A DNA stretch of 64,000 nt from Mobula hypostoma. Its lineage: Eukaryota. Below are positions 51,173 to 63,196 of this stretch, one piece after another (within the stretch, counting starts at the first letter, position 1; the number at the start of each line of letters is the position of its first letter). The position numbers and the translations under genes are program-made. The notes under the pieces were generated by a model. The model had not been told where the DNA came from and did no database searches. It worked only from the letters and a program-made list of their open reading frames with translations. The stretch covers positions 13,826,001-13,890,000 of the forward strand of contig NC_086108.1 in the NCBI RefSeq assembly GCF_963921235.1, read 5' to 3'.

Positions 51173-52898
51173 TTACCGGAAGTTGGAGAATTCTATGTTC
51201 ATACCAAGGGGCTGGAGACTACCTAGACGGTATATGAGGTGTTGCTCTTCCAACCTGAGTTTAGCCTCATCATGGCAGTAGAGAAGTATGGACATATCTG
51301 AATGGGAATGGGAAGCAGAGTTGAAGTGGGTGGCTGCCAGGAGATCCTGTCTGTTTTGGCGGACGGAGCGGAGGTGCTCGACGAAGCAGTCCCCCAATCT
51401 GCGTCGGGTTTCACCGATGTAGAGGAGGCCGCACCGGGAGCACCGGATGCAATAGATGACTCCAACAGACTCACAAGTGAAGTATTGCCTCACCTGGAAG
51501 GACTGTTTGGGGCCCTGAATGGTGGCAAGAGAGGAGATGTAGGGACAGGTGTAGCACTTGCGCTTACAGGGGATAAGTGCCGGGTGGAAGATCAGTGGGG
51601 ATGGACGTGTGGATAAGGGAGTTGCGGAGGGACCGATCCCTGCGGAAAGCGGAGAGGGCTGGAGAGGGAAAGATGTGCTTAGTGGTGGGGTCCTGTTGAA
51701 GGCGGCGGAAGTTGCGGAGGATAATGTGCTGGATCCGGAGGCTAGTGGGGTGGTAGGTGAGGACAAGGGGAACTCTGTCCCTGTTGTGGTTGCGGGAGGA
51801 TGGGGTGAGGGCCGAAGTGCGGGAAATGGAGGAGATGCGGGTGAGGGCATCATTGATGACGGTAGAAGGAAAACCACGATCCTTAAAGAAAGAGGACATT
51901 TGAAATGTCCTGGAATGGAAAGTCTCATCCTGGGAGCAGATGCGGCAGAGACGGAGGAACTGGGAATAGGGAATGGCATTTTTGCATGTGGCGGCGTGGG
52001 AAGAGGTATAGTCGAGATAGTTATGAGAGTCAGTGGGCTTATAGAAGATGTCAGTGGACAGTCTGTCTCCAGAGATGGAGACCGATAGATCAAGAAAGGG
52101 GAGAGAAGTGTCCAAGATGGACCAAGTGAATTTGAGGGCTGGGTGGAAGTTTGAAGTAAAGTCGATGAAATTGACGAGCTCAGCATGGGTGCAGGAAGCA
52201 GCACCAATGTAGTCCTCAATGTACCGAAGGAAAAATTGGGGAGCAGTACCAGAATAGGTTTGGAGCACAGTCTGTTCCACATAACCAACAAAGAGGCAGG
52301 CATAGCTGGGGCCCATGCGAGTTCCCATAGCTACACCCTTAGTCTGAAGAAAGTGGGAAGAGCCAAAAAAGAAGTTATTAAGTGCGAGAACCATTTCCGC
52401 CAATCGGAGGAGGGTAGTGGTGGTGGGGAACTGGTGAGGTCTATTATCCAGGAAGTAGTGGAGGGCTTTGAGGTCTTCTTGATGGGGAATGGAGGTGTAT
52501 AAGGATTGGACATCCATAGTGAAAATGAAGTGGTTGGGACCGGGGAACTGGAAGTTATTGAAGAGGTGGAGAGCATGGGATGTATCCCGGATGTAGGTGG
52601 GGAGGGACTGAACTATGGGTGACAAAATGGAGTCCAGGTAGGCAGATACAAGTTCGGTGGGACAGGAGCAGGCAGGAACTATGGGTCTACCGGGACAGTC
52701 AGCCTTGTGGATCTTGGGGAGGAGGTAAAACCGAGCGGTACGGGGTGTGGGAATAATGATTTTAGCGGCTGAGGATGGAAGGTCTCCGGAGTTGATAAGG
52801 GCAGTGATGGTACGGGAAACCATTGTTTGATGTTTTTTGGTGGGGTCCTGTTCCAGGGGTAAGTAAGAGGAGGTGTCAGAGAGCTGCCGTTTGGCCAA
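51173..52898 (-). pseudogene. Penelope-like RT-GIY-YIG ORF, N-truncated
   Basis: LLPKIHK, GRPIV, MDVQSLYT, GVAMG, RYIED (expected YIDD), FLDL; frameshift ~51570 before GVIYCIRCSRCGLLYIGET. Confidence 0.92.
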
Positions 52899-53041
52899 AT
52901 CACCTCCTGCCTATCACATCCCTGCTTCCCCTCCCCCACCCCTTTATCTTTCAAATTACTGGTTTTTCAACTGAACCTACCAGCCTTCTCCTTCCAACCC
53001 TCCCCCACCTTCTTTATAAGGCCTCTGCCCCTTCCCTCTTT

Positions 53042-53077
53042 AGTCCTGACGAAGGGTTCCGGCCCGAAACGTCCATT
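53042..53077 (+). ncRNA. Hammerhead motif, core intact, stem I eroded
   Basis: AGTC-CTGACGA-A-GGG TTCCGG CCC-GAAAC-GTC-CATT; partner copy at 50898-50933 (-) has GAAA changed to AAAA. Confidence 0.6.
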
Positions 53078-55074
53078 CATCGTTCCCACTGATGCTGCCC
53101 GACCTGCTGAGTTCCTCCAGCGTCTTGTGAGTGTTGCTTTGACCGCAGCATCTGCAGATTATTTTGTGTTTACGGTCTCACCGCACATCTCCCATCATGG
53201 AGGACAGAGAGCTGATGGAATCTGCAGAGATTCCCCCTACCGCCATTGATGTTAAGGGTCACAACACCCCAGCTTCATGACGCATCTTATTGAGACCCCT
53301 TACCAGAGACCCTGGGGGAAGAAGCAGAGCTCTCCTTCCAGCCCTCTCCCGCCTTTGCCCAACAACCCTTCTCCAGGGACTCCAGGAGTCTCTTAAACTG
53401 ACACCTCTCCTCACGGGTCACCTCAGCTCCCCTCCCCTTCTTTTGGAGGATCGTGCAGATTGACTGAATGACCCCTCCCAGACCCGACCAGTGATCAGTG
53501 GCCAACTGGGCCTTGAAAGGGTTCCTCCCGTAGTCCCTCACGAACTGCCGGATCTCCTCCAGAGAGACAGGCTGTGACTCGGTGTTGGGTCGAGGAAGTC
53601 TGCCATCCCAGCTTCAAAGGAGTTCCCCTCTTCCCCCTCACCGGGTCCAATGTACTCATCACCCTCCAGGCGGTCTTCATCTGCACCTGATGTGACCACC
53701 TCACTCCTCAGCCTAACCGTAGACCCGACCACGGGCTCTTCCCAATCCCTGGGACCTGTGACCGAGGGAGGCCCCTCCACCTCTGGATCCAGAATTCCTC
53801 CCACATCCCAGACACAAGCTTGCTGGGTCGTACCCATCTCCACACCCTCGTCACCTTCCCTGGAAACAACACTAGGAGACTCCCCTCCCTCCTGACCCCT
53901 TGGGACACACTCCCCCTGACTACCTGCACGGAATGGCAATTCCGGGTTACTCTGGTTCCCCTTGTGGACTGCGTGCTCCTCGGCTGGGCATTTTGCCTTG
54001 ATTGAGGTAACAATCTGGGAAACCTATCCCACTGGTGACCCTGTATCCTCAAGCGACCCCCGTTCTACAAGGCTTTGCCCCTCCCCGGGGAATACGTGCT
54101 CTGAGTGTGCAGCCTCAACTGCCTTCCCACACAGCCCCTCACCAGCCCGGAGGATGCATGTTCAGGTGATGCCACCCCAACAGAGAGCCCCCTGTAAGAC
54201 AGGGCTATCCTCCAGATCTGTGGGGACATACTCGGTGCATACGGCCTTTACTGGGGGTAAGTGCTCCTCCTCGTGGCCCCCGATCTCCAGGCGTAGAGGA
54301 CACATCCCTCTGTCTCTGGCTCCAAGGCAGAGTTGCCCATCCAACAGTTGGGGCAATTCTTCCGAATGTGCACAAACTCCTTACAGGCATGGCACCTGGG
54401 GCGACCCATAGCCCTCGGGACGGTATAGTAATGCCCCTCAAAATAAACCTGAAGCCGCCCCTTGGCATCCCCGCCCCCACTCCGTTCCAGCTGCATAAGC
54501 AGACGGCGCTGGAATGAGAATCGGTGCTCATTACCCCGCGGAGGTGCCCCGTACCGTATCGGGGTTATTTTCGAACGCACCTTGCCGATGGAGCACAGAC
54601 AGGGGAAGAGGGCCTTGTCATGGGGTGGGTGTCAGAGAGTATTACCAACTGCACCGGGGCCAACACCGGTTCCACCTGCATAAAAACCCTCCCCGGGTTT
54701 AACCCCAGACTCAGGGCAACAAACACACCCCTCGGTGACTTCAAATGCCATTCAATTCCGACTTCAATTTCCCATTCAAAACCACTACCGCAACAATGCT
54801 CTCACAGCCTCCAACAGTCTCTGCCATGGCTCTAACGGTGGCATTCCTACCGACTGAAGAGGGCACGGTGCACTAAACAGCGTTCTTTAACGTCAGTAAT
54901 TTGAACGGGTGGTCCTCTTCCTGAACTACAGCTCCCGAGCCCACAGCCTGCACATTCGACCGCAGTACCAACATCGTGGAGCTGCAGCCCTGGTGGCAGA
55001 ACTGTCTGGCCTGGGAAGACTCTTCCATTCACAGTGGCATGGACAGTGCTGAGGTTTTCAACACGGCACCGACT

Positions 55075-57437
55075 TCCCCTGTCTACCCACTCATCCCATA
55101 GGGGCTAGTCCAAACTCCAGGTCGATCAGCTCCTTCTCAAGCCGATCGATCCCGGACATCTGCCACTTGGTCGGCCCATGCGCATATTCCTGGCAGAACA
55201 TTCAGATGTGAGTCTTACCCACATCCAGACATCTCCCTTTTCCCGGAAGTTCCAGGAGTCTCCCGCATATCCCTGATGCCCTCAAATTATATACAATGTC
55301 CCGGAAATCAATTTTTTTGAGAGCGAGCAAGCGAGAGAGAGAGAGAGAGAGAGAGCAAAAGAGAGCATGAGAGAGCGATAGTGTGCGTGAGAGAGAGAGT
55401 GAGCGAGAGAGCGAGAGTGAGAAAGCGAGAGCGAGAGAGTGACCACGAGAGAGAGAGAGAGCGCGAGAGTGAGAGAGCGACCATGAGAGAGAGAGAGAGA
55501 GAGAGAGCGAGAGTGAGAGAGCGACCACGAGAGAGAGAGAGAGCGAGAGTGAGAGAGTGACCACGAGAGAGAGAGAGAGCGAGAGTGAGAGAGCGACCAC
55601 GAGAGAGAGAGAATGCACGCACCATGGGAGAGTGCTCCAAAAAAAGAAAATATAAAACGTACGTCACCCCAAAGTGTACCCCTGCCTAATAGGGGTCAAA
55701 AATAATGACAGTGTTGCTCGCTGCACTGTTTGCAACAGTGACTTTTCTATTGCCCATGGTGGGTTAAGACTGTAAAAGACATGGTGAGGTGAGTTTAACA
55801 GGTGTCATTTGTTCATTAGCATAGCTAACGTTATTTAAACTAGCTGGCTAGCTGCTACGGAGCTACTCTATTGCAGACATCCCACCTCTCCCGGAAGTTC
55901 CGGGAGTCTCCCGCAAATTGATGGTGCTACCCCCGTGAAATGAGTTTTTGCAGGGTGGGATGTCTGCACATCACACCAGAGCCCCAGAGAAGGGAAACTT
56001 CCCCACTCCTCCTGCCAGAACAAATCTGGAACCGGCCGTCCTCCAGCAGCCAGTTGTTGAAATGCCAGTACGTGGACCCCATCTGTGCGGGCAACGCATT
56101 CAGCCCCACCCACCCCCATAGCTGGTGGTCCGCGCACACAACCAGACACATGCCCATCGCGGGCTCTACCCCATCCCCAGGACCAGTGACAGAAGGAGGC
56201 CCCACCACCCCTGGATCTAGAATCCCTCTCACAGCCAGAATACAAGCCGATTGGGCTGGGCCCATCTCACCCTTGTCATCCTCTCTGGAATCAGCACAAG
56301 GTGAGACGCCTCCCTCCTCACCCATAGGGACACACTTCCACTGATTAGCTGCACGAGATGGCAATCCAGGGCTGCTCTGGTTCCCCTCGTTGACTACACA
56401 CTCTTTGGCAGGGCACTTTGCCTTGAATGAGGCAGCCATCTGGAAAACTAATCCCACTGGTGACCCTGTTCCACAGGCAACCCCTGTTCTACAGGATTTT
56501 GCCCCTCCCCAGAGAATACGTGCTCCGAGTGCCTAATCTCAACTAAAGGCAACTCTGCCTCCCCACACGGCCCCTCTACATTGGGGCCGCTCCCCAGCCC
56601 GGAGGTCACGTGTTCAGGAGATGTCTCCCTAGCAGAGAGGCCCTGTATGACTGGGCTATCCTGCAGCTCGAGGGGACATACACCGCACAAATGGCCTTTA
56701 CCTGGGGCAAATCCTCCTCCTGTGGCCCCTGATCCTCAGTCTCAGGGGACACGTCCCTCCGTTGTTTCGGGCCGCAGATATGCTGAGGCACGCTGACCTC
56801 CATTACAGAGACACCCTCAGTCTCCGATATCACACCGCCCGCCCCCCGACTTTCTGATGCCACCTCGCCTTGGGAGCGCAGGTCGGGGAAGAGGGTCCTA
56901 ACAGGTATATAGGTCAGGGAGTATTACCAACTGGCTCCACCTGCATAAAAACCCTCCCCACCTTTAATCCCTGACTCAGGGCCCAAAACACACCCCTCGG
57001 TGACTTCAAATAGAAAATAGTTTTCCCATTCAGAACCGCTACCACAACAATACCCTCACGGCCTCCAACAGTCTCCGCCTTGGCTCTTCTGGCGGCATTC
57101 CTACCGACTGAAGTAGGCACAGTAGGTACAGCGTTCTTTAGAGTCAGTAATTCGAATGGGTGGTCCGCTTCATCAGCCATAACTATCGAGCCTGCAGCCT
57201 CAGCATACGACAATGCTGCGGACATCTTGGAGCTGCACCCCGCCATGATGTAGTTTGAATTTAAAAGTTCAACACCACCGCTGGGATACTACACAGTCCA
57301 CACCCAGCACAACACTGGCAACCACGCAAAAAGGAACAGTTCAGAGACAAGATAAGACGAGATGGGAAGGGAAAAAAAGAAAGGGGAAGTTCATGTGGTG
57401 TTAAAAAACTCAGCGCTGTCTGAGCGGCTGCAAGCGA
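55075..57437 (-). mobile_element. Tx1 copy 2: 5'UTR, ORF1 (ATG 57246) and APE end; internally deleted and 3'-truncated
   Basis: MAGCSSKMSAALSYAEAA..; colinear with 54995-53700; YWHFNNWLLEDGRF at ~56070. Confidence 0.85.
55226..55966. mobile_element. MITE (hAT-like CAG termini) with 6-bp TSD and internal GA-rich tract
   Basis: CAGACATC...GATGTCTG; TSD CACATC at 55220-55225 and 55967-55972; compound (GA)n 55319-55612. Confidence 0.85.
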
Positions 57438-58212
57438 TGTCATCTCGGAGTGTGGCTGCTGTACAGGTATCGTTGCAAAGCCCTGAGGCAGAGAGCTGTC
57501 AGCAGGGTGCACTTGCACACTGCCCTCCGTGATCTGAAGGCTCAGGAGCACAGCAGAGACCCAATGCCTCCTATTCCCCCAGAAATCATCCACCAGCCTC
57601 TTCTGGGTCCTGGAGTCAAAAGAAGTGGGTGGGACTGAAATAATCAGCTGGTACCAAATTATGGAGGCGATCAGCTGATTTCTAACCAGGGCCCTTTCCC
57701 AATTAACCAAACCCGTTAACCTCCTATGGAGAAAAAAAAAACAGGAATGGCTCCACACTGAGTACAACTGCCCCGACATGGGGCATCCCTGACGCACCCC
57801 CCTCCCAAAAACACAAGGGTGCTGTCAAGGACCCATTACCCCTAACAAGGCACTCTGCAGCAGTGTACAACAGTCAGACGCAGGCCACATTTTCCCGAAT
57901 GCTTGCAGAGTCCCCAGAAACGCTATCATGACCCACTTTGTCAAGCACCTTCTCCTGGTCAGGGGAGAGAAAGGCAACTGACAGACCAGCTTCTTGGCAC
58001 AGAATCCCGATCCCGGATGAAGTGGATATTGTTCTGGATTGACCCCCCCCCCCTCCCCGGGAACGTGCAGGACTGGTCAGGGTGGAGCACTTGCGCCAGA
58101 CGATTGGCCATTGCCTGGGCAAAGATCTTGTACTCCGCACTAAGGAGGGATACTGGGCACCAATTCCTCAGGCAACGGAGAGCACCCCTCTTTGGCAGCA
58201 GGGCAAGAACTG
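57438..58212 (-). mobile_element. Tx1 copy 3: RT fragment
   Basis: LLPKRGALRCLRNWCPVSLLSAEYKIFA, DQEKVLDKV, RQGCPMSGQLY; internal deletions. Confidence 0.88.
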
Positions 58213-58904
58213 TACCCTGATGTGTGATCGCTGGTTCTGTAAAGCATTGTCTCCCACAGTGTGACACTTCCTCAGTTCTGACACTCCCTCAGTTCTGACA
58301 CTCCCTGACTACTGGTTACACCTTACTTCTTTAATCAGGCATTTTGTCTCCAGTTGAAATAAATCCCAATAAAAATCTGTAGTGATGGAATTGCGTTCCC
58401 CACATACTGGCTGATATAGCTTTCCTCCCTATGTGGCCCCTGATGTGTGGGTGTCCCTGGCAGGACCAGAGTTTATTAACCACACACAACTTAGTCTCAG
58501 GAGTCTAAGGCTTGAACTTCTGCCGTCTGCGTGGTTACTAATCTCCTGCAGAGAATCCAAATCAGATTCAACATCTATCACTGGCATATGTCGTGAAATT
58601 CGTTGTTTTGCAGCAGCAGTACATAATTTTAAAAGCTATGAATTACAATAAGAAATATACAACGCATTCCAGTTAATAAGGACACATCAGGAACATTCCT
58701 TTAGGCCCAATACAGAGGATATCCAATTAGCCAGAGTCTTATAGAACTAGTTAAAAAGGTATAAAACAGCAAGCTACTGTTTAACCGAGTGGCAAATTAT
58801 TATTTAAATGCAATAACGCCACCCACACTGCTTTGTCCAGTGTCATTTCTTCCAAATCTGTAGTAATTGAGTTCAAGAGGTGGAGCACAGCAGCCAGGTT
58901 TGGC

Positions 58905-61345
58905 TGTAATCAGAGACAGTGTCAGGGCTGCAGAAAAGGTGGACGCCATGGAGGGATTGTCTACAGAGTCTCTGTGGGTGGAGGTTAGGAACAGGAAGGG
59001 GTCAATAACTGTACTGGGTGTTTTTTACAGGCCATGTAATAGTAACAGGGATATCGAGGAGCAGATAGGGAAACAGATCCTGGAAAGGTGTAATAATAAC
59101 AGGGTTGTCGTGATGGGAGATTTTAATTTCCCAAATATCGATTGGCATCTCCCTAGAGCAAGGGGTTTAAATGGGGTGGAGTTTGTTAGGTGTGTTCAGG
59201 AAGGTTTCTTGACACAGTATGTAGATAAGCCTACAAGAGGAGAGGCTGTACTTGATTTGGTATTGGGAAATGAACCTGATCAGGTGTCAGATCTCTCAGT
59301 GAGAGAGCATTTTGGAGATAGTGATCACAATTCTATCTACTTTACCATAGCATTGGAGAGAGATAGGAACAGACAAGTTAGAAAAGCGTTTAATTGGAGT
59401 AAGGGGAATTATGAGGCTGTCAGGCAGGAAATTGGAGGCTTAAGTTGGAAACAGATGTTCTCAGGGAAAAGTACGGAAGAAATGTGGCAAATGTTCAGGG
59501 GATATTTGTGTGGAGTTCTGCATAGGTACGTTCCAATGAGACAGGGAAATTATGGTAGGGTACAGGAACCGTGGTGTACAAAGGCTGTAATAAATCTAGT
59601 CAAGAAAAAAAGAAAAGCTTACAAAAGGTTCAGAGAGCTAGGTAATGTTAGAGATCTAGAAGATTATAAGGGTAATAGGAAGGAGCTTAAGAAGGAAATT
59701 AGGAAAGACAGAAGGGGGCATGAGGAGGCCTTTGCGGGCAGGATTAAGGAAAACCCCAAGGCATTCCACAAGTATGTGAAGAGCAAGAGGATAAGACATA
59801 AAGGAATAGGACCTATCAAGTGTGACAGTGGGAAAGTGTGTATGGAACCGAAGGAAATAGCAGAGGTACTTAATGAGTACTTTACTTTAGTATTCACTAT
59901 GGAAAAGGATCTTGGTGATTGTAGTGATGACTTGCAGCAGACTGAAAAGCTTGAGCCTGTAGATATTAAGAAAGCTGGAGCTTTTGGAAAGCATCAAGTT
60001 GGATAAATCACCGGGACCGGATGAGATGTACTCCAGGCTACTGTGGGAGGCGAGGGAGGAGATTGCTGAGCCTCTGGCTATGATCTTTGCATCATCAATG
60101 GGGACGGGAGAGGTTCTGGAGGATTGGAGGATTGTGGATGTTGTTCCTTTATTCAAGAAAGGGAGTAGAGATAGCCCAGGAAGTTATAGACCAGTGAGTC
60201 TTACCAGAGTGGTTGGTAAGTTAATGGAGAAGATCCTGAGAGGCAGGATTTATGAACATTAGGAGACGTATAATATGATTAGGAATAGTCAGCATGGCTT
60301 TGTCAAGGGCAGGTCGTGCCTTATGAGCCTGACTGAATTTTTTGAGGATGTGACTAAATACATTGATGAAGGAAGAGCAGTCGATGTGGTGTATATGGAT
60401 TTCAGCAAGGCATTTGATAAGGTACCTCATGCAAGGCTTACTGAGAAAGTAAGGGGGCACGGGATCCAAGGGGACATTGCTTTGTGGATCCAAAACTGGC
60501 TTGGCCACAGAAGGCAAAGAGTGTGTAGACGGGTCATATTCGGCATGCAAGTGTGCCTGGGGATCTGTTCTGGGACCCTTACTCTTCGTGATTTTTATAA
60601 ATGGCCTGGATGAGGAAGTGGAGGGATGGGTTAGTAAGTTTTCTGATGACACAAAGGTTGGAGGTATTGTGGATATTGTGGAGGGCTGTCAGAGTTTACA
60701 GCGGGACATTAATAGGAAGCAAAACTGGGCTGAGAAGTGGCAGATGGAGTTCAATCCAGATAAGTGTGAAGTTGTTCATGTTGGTAGGTCAAATATGTTG
60801 GCAGAATATAGTGTTAATGGTAAGACTCTTGGCAGCGTGGAGGATCAGAGGTATCTTGGGGTCCGAGTCCAAAGGATGCTCAAAGCAGCTGTGCAGGTTG
60901 ACTCTGTGGGTAAGAAGGTGTATGGTGCATTGGCCTTCATCAATCATGGAATTGAATTTAGGAGCTGAGAGGTAATGTTACAGCTATGTAGGACTCTGGA
61001 CAGACCCCACCTGGAGTACTGTGTTCAGTTCTGGTCACCTCACTACAGGAAGGATGTGGAAGCCACAGAAGAGGTGCAGAGGAGATTTACAAGGATGTTG
61101 CCTGGATCGGGGAGCATGTCTTATGAGAATAAGTTGACTGAACTCGGCCTTTTCTCCTGGGAGTGACAGGATGAGAGGTGACCTGATAGAGGTGTATAAG
61201 ATGATGAGAGACATTGATTGTGTGGATAGTCAGAGGCTTTTTCCCAGGGCTGAAATTGTTGCCACAAGAGGACACAGGTTTAAGTTGCTGGGGAGTAGGT
61301 ACAGAGGAGATGACAGGGGTAAGTTTTTTACTCAGAGAGTGGAGA
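58905..61345 (+). mobile_element. CR1 LINE (APE-RT)
   Basis: ORF 58867-60006 (GVFYRP, MGDFN, LDLVL, DSDH), frameshift ~59975, RT YMDFSKAFDKV, KFSDD. Confidence 0.93.
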
Positions 61346-61369
61346 GTGCTGTGCTGAACATGTACTTAC

Positions 61370-62570
61370 TTTAGAAATTACCTAGGGTTTCCCATAGCCC
61401 TCAATTTTTCTAAGCTCCATGTACCTATCCAGGAATCTCTTAAAAGACCCTATCGTATCCACCTCCACCACCGTCGCTGGCAGCCCATTCCACACACTCA
61501 CCACTCTCTACACAAAAAAAAACTTACCCCTGACATCTCCTCTGTACCTGACTCCAAGCACCTTAAGACTGCGCCCTCTCGTGTCAGCCATTTCAGCCCT
61601 CGGAAAAAGCCTCTGACTCTCCACATGATCAATGCCTCTCATCATCTTATACACCTCTATCAGGTCACCTCTCGTCCTCCATCACTCCAAGGAGAAAGGG
61701 CCAAGTTCACTCAACCTATTCCCATAAGGTATGCTCCCCAATCCAGCCAACATCCTTGTAAATCTCCTCTGCATATTTTCTATAGTTACCACATCCTTCC
61801 TGTAGTGAGGTGACCAGAACTGAGCACAGTACTCCAAGTGGGGTCTGACCAGGGTCCTATATAGCTGTAACATTACCTCTCGGCTCCTAAACTCAATCCC
61901 ATGGTTGATGAAGGCCAATATACCACATGTCTTCTTAACCACACAGTCAACCTGTGCAGCAGCTTTGAGTGTCCTATGGACTTGAACCCCAAGATCCCTC
62001 TGATCCTCCACACTGCCAAGAGTCTTACCATTAATACTATATTCTGCCATCATATTTGACCTACCAAAATGAACTAAGCTCACACTTATCTGGGTTGAAC
62101 TCCATCTGCTACTTCTCAGCCCAGTTTTGCATCCTATCAATGTCCTGCTGTAACCTCTGACAGCCCTCCACACTATCCACAACACCCCCAACATCACCAA
62201 ATTTACTAACCCATCCCTGCACTTCCTCATGCAGGTCATTTATAAAAATCACGAAGATTAAGGGTCCCAGAACAGATCCCTGGTCACTGACCTCCGTGCT
62301 GAATATGACCCGTCTAGAACCACTCTTTGCCTTCTGTGGGCAAGCCTGTTCTGAATCCACAAAGCAATGTTCCCTTGGATCCCATGCCTCCTTACTTTCT
62401 CAATAAGCCTTGCATGGGGTATCTTAAATGCCCATCCATATACACTACATCTGCAGCTCTCCCTTCATCAATGTATTTAGTAACAGCCTCAAAAGATTCA
62501 ATCAGGCTTGTAAGGCTCAACCTGCCTTTGACAAAGCCATGCTGACTATTCCTAATCATACTATCCCTCT
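61370..62570 (-). mobile_element. CR1 RT 3' part, tail-to-tail with the previous copy
   Basis: ORFs 61682-62239, 62109-62360, 62392-62622. Confidence 0.9.
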
Positions 62571-62584
62571 CCACTTTGCCACTC

Positions 62585-63190
62585 TGCCACTTTGAGGTGT
62601 TTCTTTCCAGAAAGGTTGGCATAGATATCCTCTATCCTGGGCAGAGTGTATTGAACTAATTTCTGCTGTGGGTTGACGGTGACCCTAAGATCACCACAGA
62701 TCCTGACAGACCCATTCTCTTGGCTACTGGGATGGTTGGCATTGCCCATGGGCTCCAACCAACCTTGGAAAGAATTCCTTCAGCCTCCATGTGATCTTGC
62801 TTGCTTGCTACTTTATCACGAATGGTACAACGATCGAGGCATGCTTTGTAAAACTTTGATGTAGCATTTTTATTTAACATTATTTTACCCTTGATGTTTG
62901 AGTTTTCCAATGCCATCCTCGAACATTGTTGTGGCATCATCCAGTACCTTTCTTAATTCACTTTGAGTTGACTCTGTTGCAGGGGATGTGGCATGCAAAT
63001 GGTGGATAGACCTCCAATCAAGTTGTAGCTGTCTCAGCCAATCACAGACCCACAATGCTGGCCCTCCCGTTTTTACCACATACAAGCCCAATATGTCTTG
63101 TTGGTTATATTTCACTCTTATGAATATTATTTCCACAGGAGGTATCTTTTCTCCTGTTTAAGTTCTTAGTTGGATATCTGCAGGCTTCAG
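62585..63190 (-). mobile_element. Gypsy pol fragment (protease end to RT start)
   Basis: GPALWVCDWL, MEAEGILSKV, NGSVRICGDLRVTVN, YTLPRIEDI. Confidence 0.85.
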
Positions 63191-63196
63191 TTCAGT

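Larger units (their letters stand above)
50847..53175 (-). mobile_element. Penelope-like element (RT + GIY-YIG) with 3' pLTR and inverted 5' pLTR, 14-bp TSD
   Basis: TSD TCTCACCGCACATC at 50833-50846 and 53176-53189; inverted pLTR ~52895-53175. Confidence 0.93.
46410..55000 (-). mobile_element. Near full-length Tx1-clade LINE (ORF1 + ORF2), degraded, copy 1
   Basis: ORF1 ~54995-53287 with CHACKEFVHIRKNC knuckle; ORF2 from ~53278 (TLNING, FLQE, SRIDQLY, SDH, YWHFNN, KSPRRDGLTVEF, DQVKASDRVDQEYL, CPFCGREESVYRAYTEC) to 46496; AATAAA and A-rich tail; interrupted by CR1 and Penelope inserts. Confidence 0.9.

Noticed and set aside
55202..55667. Ser/Leu-rich ORFs
   Set aside because: Translation of the GA-rich tract in the MITE
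58339..58540. Possible terminal exon after TTACTTCTTTAATCAG
   Set aside because: All frames stop within 15 codons and downstream sequence resembles a LINE tail
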